A DNA stretch of 63,839 bases, filler included, from Dicyema japonicum (Eukaryota > Animalia > Dicyemida), in the NCBI GenBank assembly GCA_011109175.1. It is 8 parts of 8 records of this genome, joined end to end, with 100 filler letters (N's around TTAATTAATTAA, not from the genome) between each part and the next. Parts side by side here need not be neighbours in the genome. Positions count along the whole stretch, not along the records: positions 61,535 to 63,839 come from RDEW01000198.1; 7 more parts are not named here. One strand, 5' to 3'. The notes below the pieces were generated by a model. The model saw only the letters and a program-made list of their open reading frames with translations. It made no database searches and was not told where the DNA came from. Made by a program: the position numbers and the translations under genes. This document shows, piece by piece, positions 61,797-63,839 of this stretch (position 1 is its first letter; each line of letters starts with the position of its first letter).

Positions 61797-63839
61797 ATGT
61801 ACAAACTCAGCAGTCCTTTTGGTGGCTCACCAATACAATTTAGCGATAGTAAATCAGTTAATCAGTATAATTATTCAAAGCCTTCTTCCATCTTCGAAGA
61901 ACTAATGGAGGTACTCAGTCTACTTGTGCAAATAGCGGCCGACATCTCTGCCCCCGTCGACCACATCCTATCCCAATTCGACGGAAGGTTATCGATTTCC
62001 TGTACTTTAGTAAAGAGAGTCTTATCCGACTTTTTTCCTTGTTCAACCGGCAGATCAGCACGTTCAAACAGCTGGTGGTGACCCATACGTTATTTCAGTG
62101 TCCCTTGTATTCCATGCCTAATATGCCCTACGTGCGTATGATTCTTGACCTTTCCTACCACTGGACCGTGGATAATCCTAAGAAACTGCGGAAATACAAG
62201 CCATTCTCCCCCGAAGTGTACGGGGAAACGTTACCATCTATGGTGGAGGTGGTCCTTGACAGCATTGGAGGAAACAGTGGTGGAGTCTTTCTGGACCTTG
62301 GCAGCGGTAGTCTTCCTAAGTATTAGGCGTGGGACAGGTCATCCTCCAAGTCGCCGCCTCCCGGAAGTTCCACCGCTGTGTGGGCATAGAGAAGTCCAAG
62401 GTCCCGTCAGACTACGCTAAGGTTCATTTAGGTGTGACTCAGACCCTTGAAACCAACTTTACATCTCTTATGTCTTTCTGTGGTCAGTCATACAGCCCCG
62501 TGGAGGTTGCTGTAGCTTGCCACTCCTAGCTTTACAAGGGGGATTTCCTCGAACAACGCTTTGAGGATGTGATTCATCGTGCCACGTAATTCTTGTTTTT
62601 AGTTAAGGGTAATATTTGTGAACAACTACTCCTTTGGGCCGGAGTTGGACAACAAGGCATGAGAGTGGATGTTATTGGTAGCTGAGAGACATTTTCGCCC
62701 AACTGAAAGACGGAACACAGGTGATATCCTCCCGTCCTTTCTGTGGTGCCAGAAATCGACTATGTGAGCGGTCTCAGACTGACATATCTTCAATGATGCA
62801 CGTGCGCGAGCTTCCCGCAGTGACTGGTGGTGTGTCTTGGACTAATGACCCATTCTGCTTCTATTTGCACACGGTGGACTCTACCATGGTATCACTGGTT
62901 ATTGAGGATAGATTGAGGCGTACTACAGTCGTCTAAAGTCTGAGGTCATCCAGAGTCCGAGTCACACGACGGACAAACTGGGAGGTATTGTTGTACTTAT
63001 GAATGATTTTGTCGATGTCATCAACTCTGCGGAGTTTGTGGAGTCTTGTGAGTCGAAGATTGGCCAAATGAAGGTAGGTTGCCTATTTATTGAGGCGATA
63101 AATTCGGAATTGGCGGGACAAATGGAAAAAATAAAATCTGAGGTGAAGTCACTGGAGGAGCAAGTAGTGAAAGATTATTCTGCCCATTTTCTTACCGTAT
63201 CTTGTATTTTATGAAGTGTCAGATGTTTGGAATGCCCCTCACTACTGATAATTTGGTTGAATGCTACAACGTGACTGTTGATGATTATTTAAATTCAAAT
63301 AAACAAATTGGCGGGATAAAACGGCAAATTGAAGTTGTTTTATGGTAATTTTTGCAGAATTTGAAGAAAGCTGCCGAAACGGCTAAATCTCAGAAAAATC
63401 ACTCTACCGACTCTGCTGGGAGGAAAACTATCAAAAATACCAAACAGTCCGCGAGGAAGTACATGGATGGTGCTGCTGACAGCTCTGGGAGTTCGTTGGA
63501 GGAAGGGGAGATTAGTGATGACGAGGAGGAGAGTCATAGGGAGATTCAAGTTTACAACAACCCATCGTTGGACTCCCTCAATCAGCCTTCTTTGATGAGA
63601 CTGCGACAAAAACTGTTGAGTCAGATAGAGGAGTGCGACTCTGTCATTCATAGTGGATCCTCTTCCCAGTTTTCGTGTTCTTCTTCCGACTCTAGACCTA
63701 TTGGTCCGGTGGGAAATATGGCTTCTCACCGCGGCACTGATCTGAGGTCACTCGTGTACGGAGTTGATTCCAGCAAGGCCACGTCCGACATGTCAACCTC
63801 AGATTACAAAGATTCCCAGGAAGGTTGTATTTGTATTTA
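61797..63839 (+). CDS. DOT1L: Histone H3K79 methyltransferase DOT1L, continuing past the window end
   Basis: YKPFSPEVYGET, FLDLGSGVGQVILQVAA, GIEKS, GDFL, VIFVNNYSFGPE, ISSRPF and VSWT..P..FYLHT. Introns 61988-62010, 62075-62098, 62307-62326, 62422-62442, 62506-62529, 62586-62607, 62657-62681 (GC-AG), 62889-62911, 63197-63216, 63334-63357. Confidence 0.96.

Noticed and set aside
1-63839. Microsporidian or ciliate origin of the scaffold
   Set aside because: Dense introns, G-beta, PTIP, a RalBP1-like gene and the metazoan-type RBM22 motif RWCPG argue against microsporidia. TAA/TAG act as stops, arguing against Paramecium-type codes. The exact taxon is unresolved.

Overview
This is eukaryotic nuclear DNA, most likely from a genome-reduced metazoan parasite of the dicyemid or myxozoan type; the taxon is inferred, not proven. 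It comes from a gapped, error-prone draft scaffold with long N runs, seven N-TTAATTAATTAA-N spacers and single-N joins. A compact gene island at about 29-37.5 kb holds RBM22, an MPV17L2-like gene, TRIAP1/Mdm35, a divergent G-protein beta subunit and unidentified ORFs. Isolated host genes include a TRBP/PACT/Loqs-like dsRBD protein, PAXIP1/PTIP, a RalBP1-like RhoGAP, DOT1L and an intron-retaining ThrRS pseudogene. These genes sit among nested transposons: pogo/Tigger, hAT (one intact ORF plus Charlie-type MITEs), MULE, Tc1, RTE, Jockey/L2-like, R4/Dong-like and PHD-finger-bearing CRE-like non-LTR elements, and a tRNA-derived SINE family. The most striking host feature is about 30 hand-inferred spliceosomal introns, almost all only 20-32 nt long. 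Several fall at positions that appear homologous to human introns, two are GC-AG, and five are stop-free 3n introns. More than a dozen single-base indels at homopolymer runs break otherwise intact genes in both directions, most plausibly sequencing error. All calls were made by eye from remembered family motifs; no database search was run.
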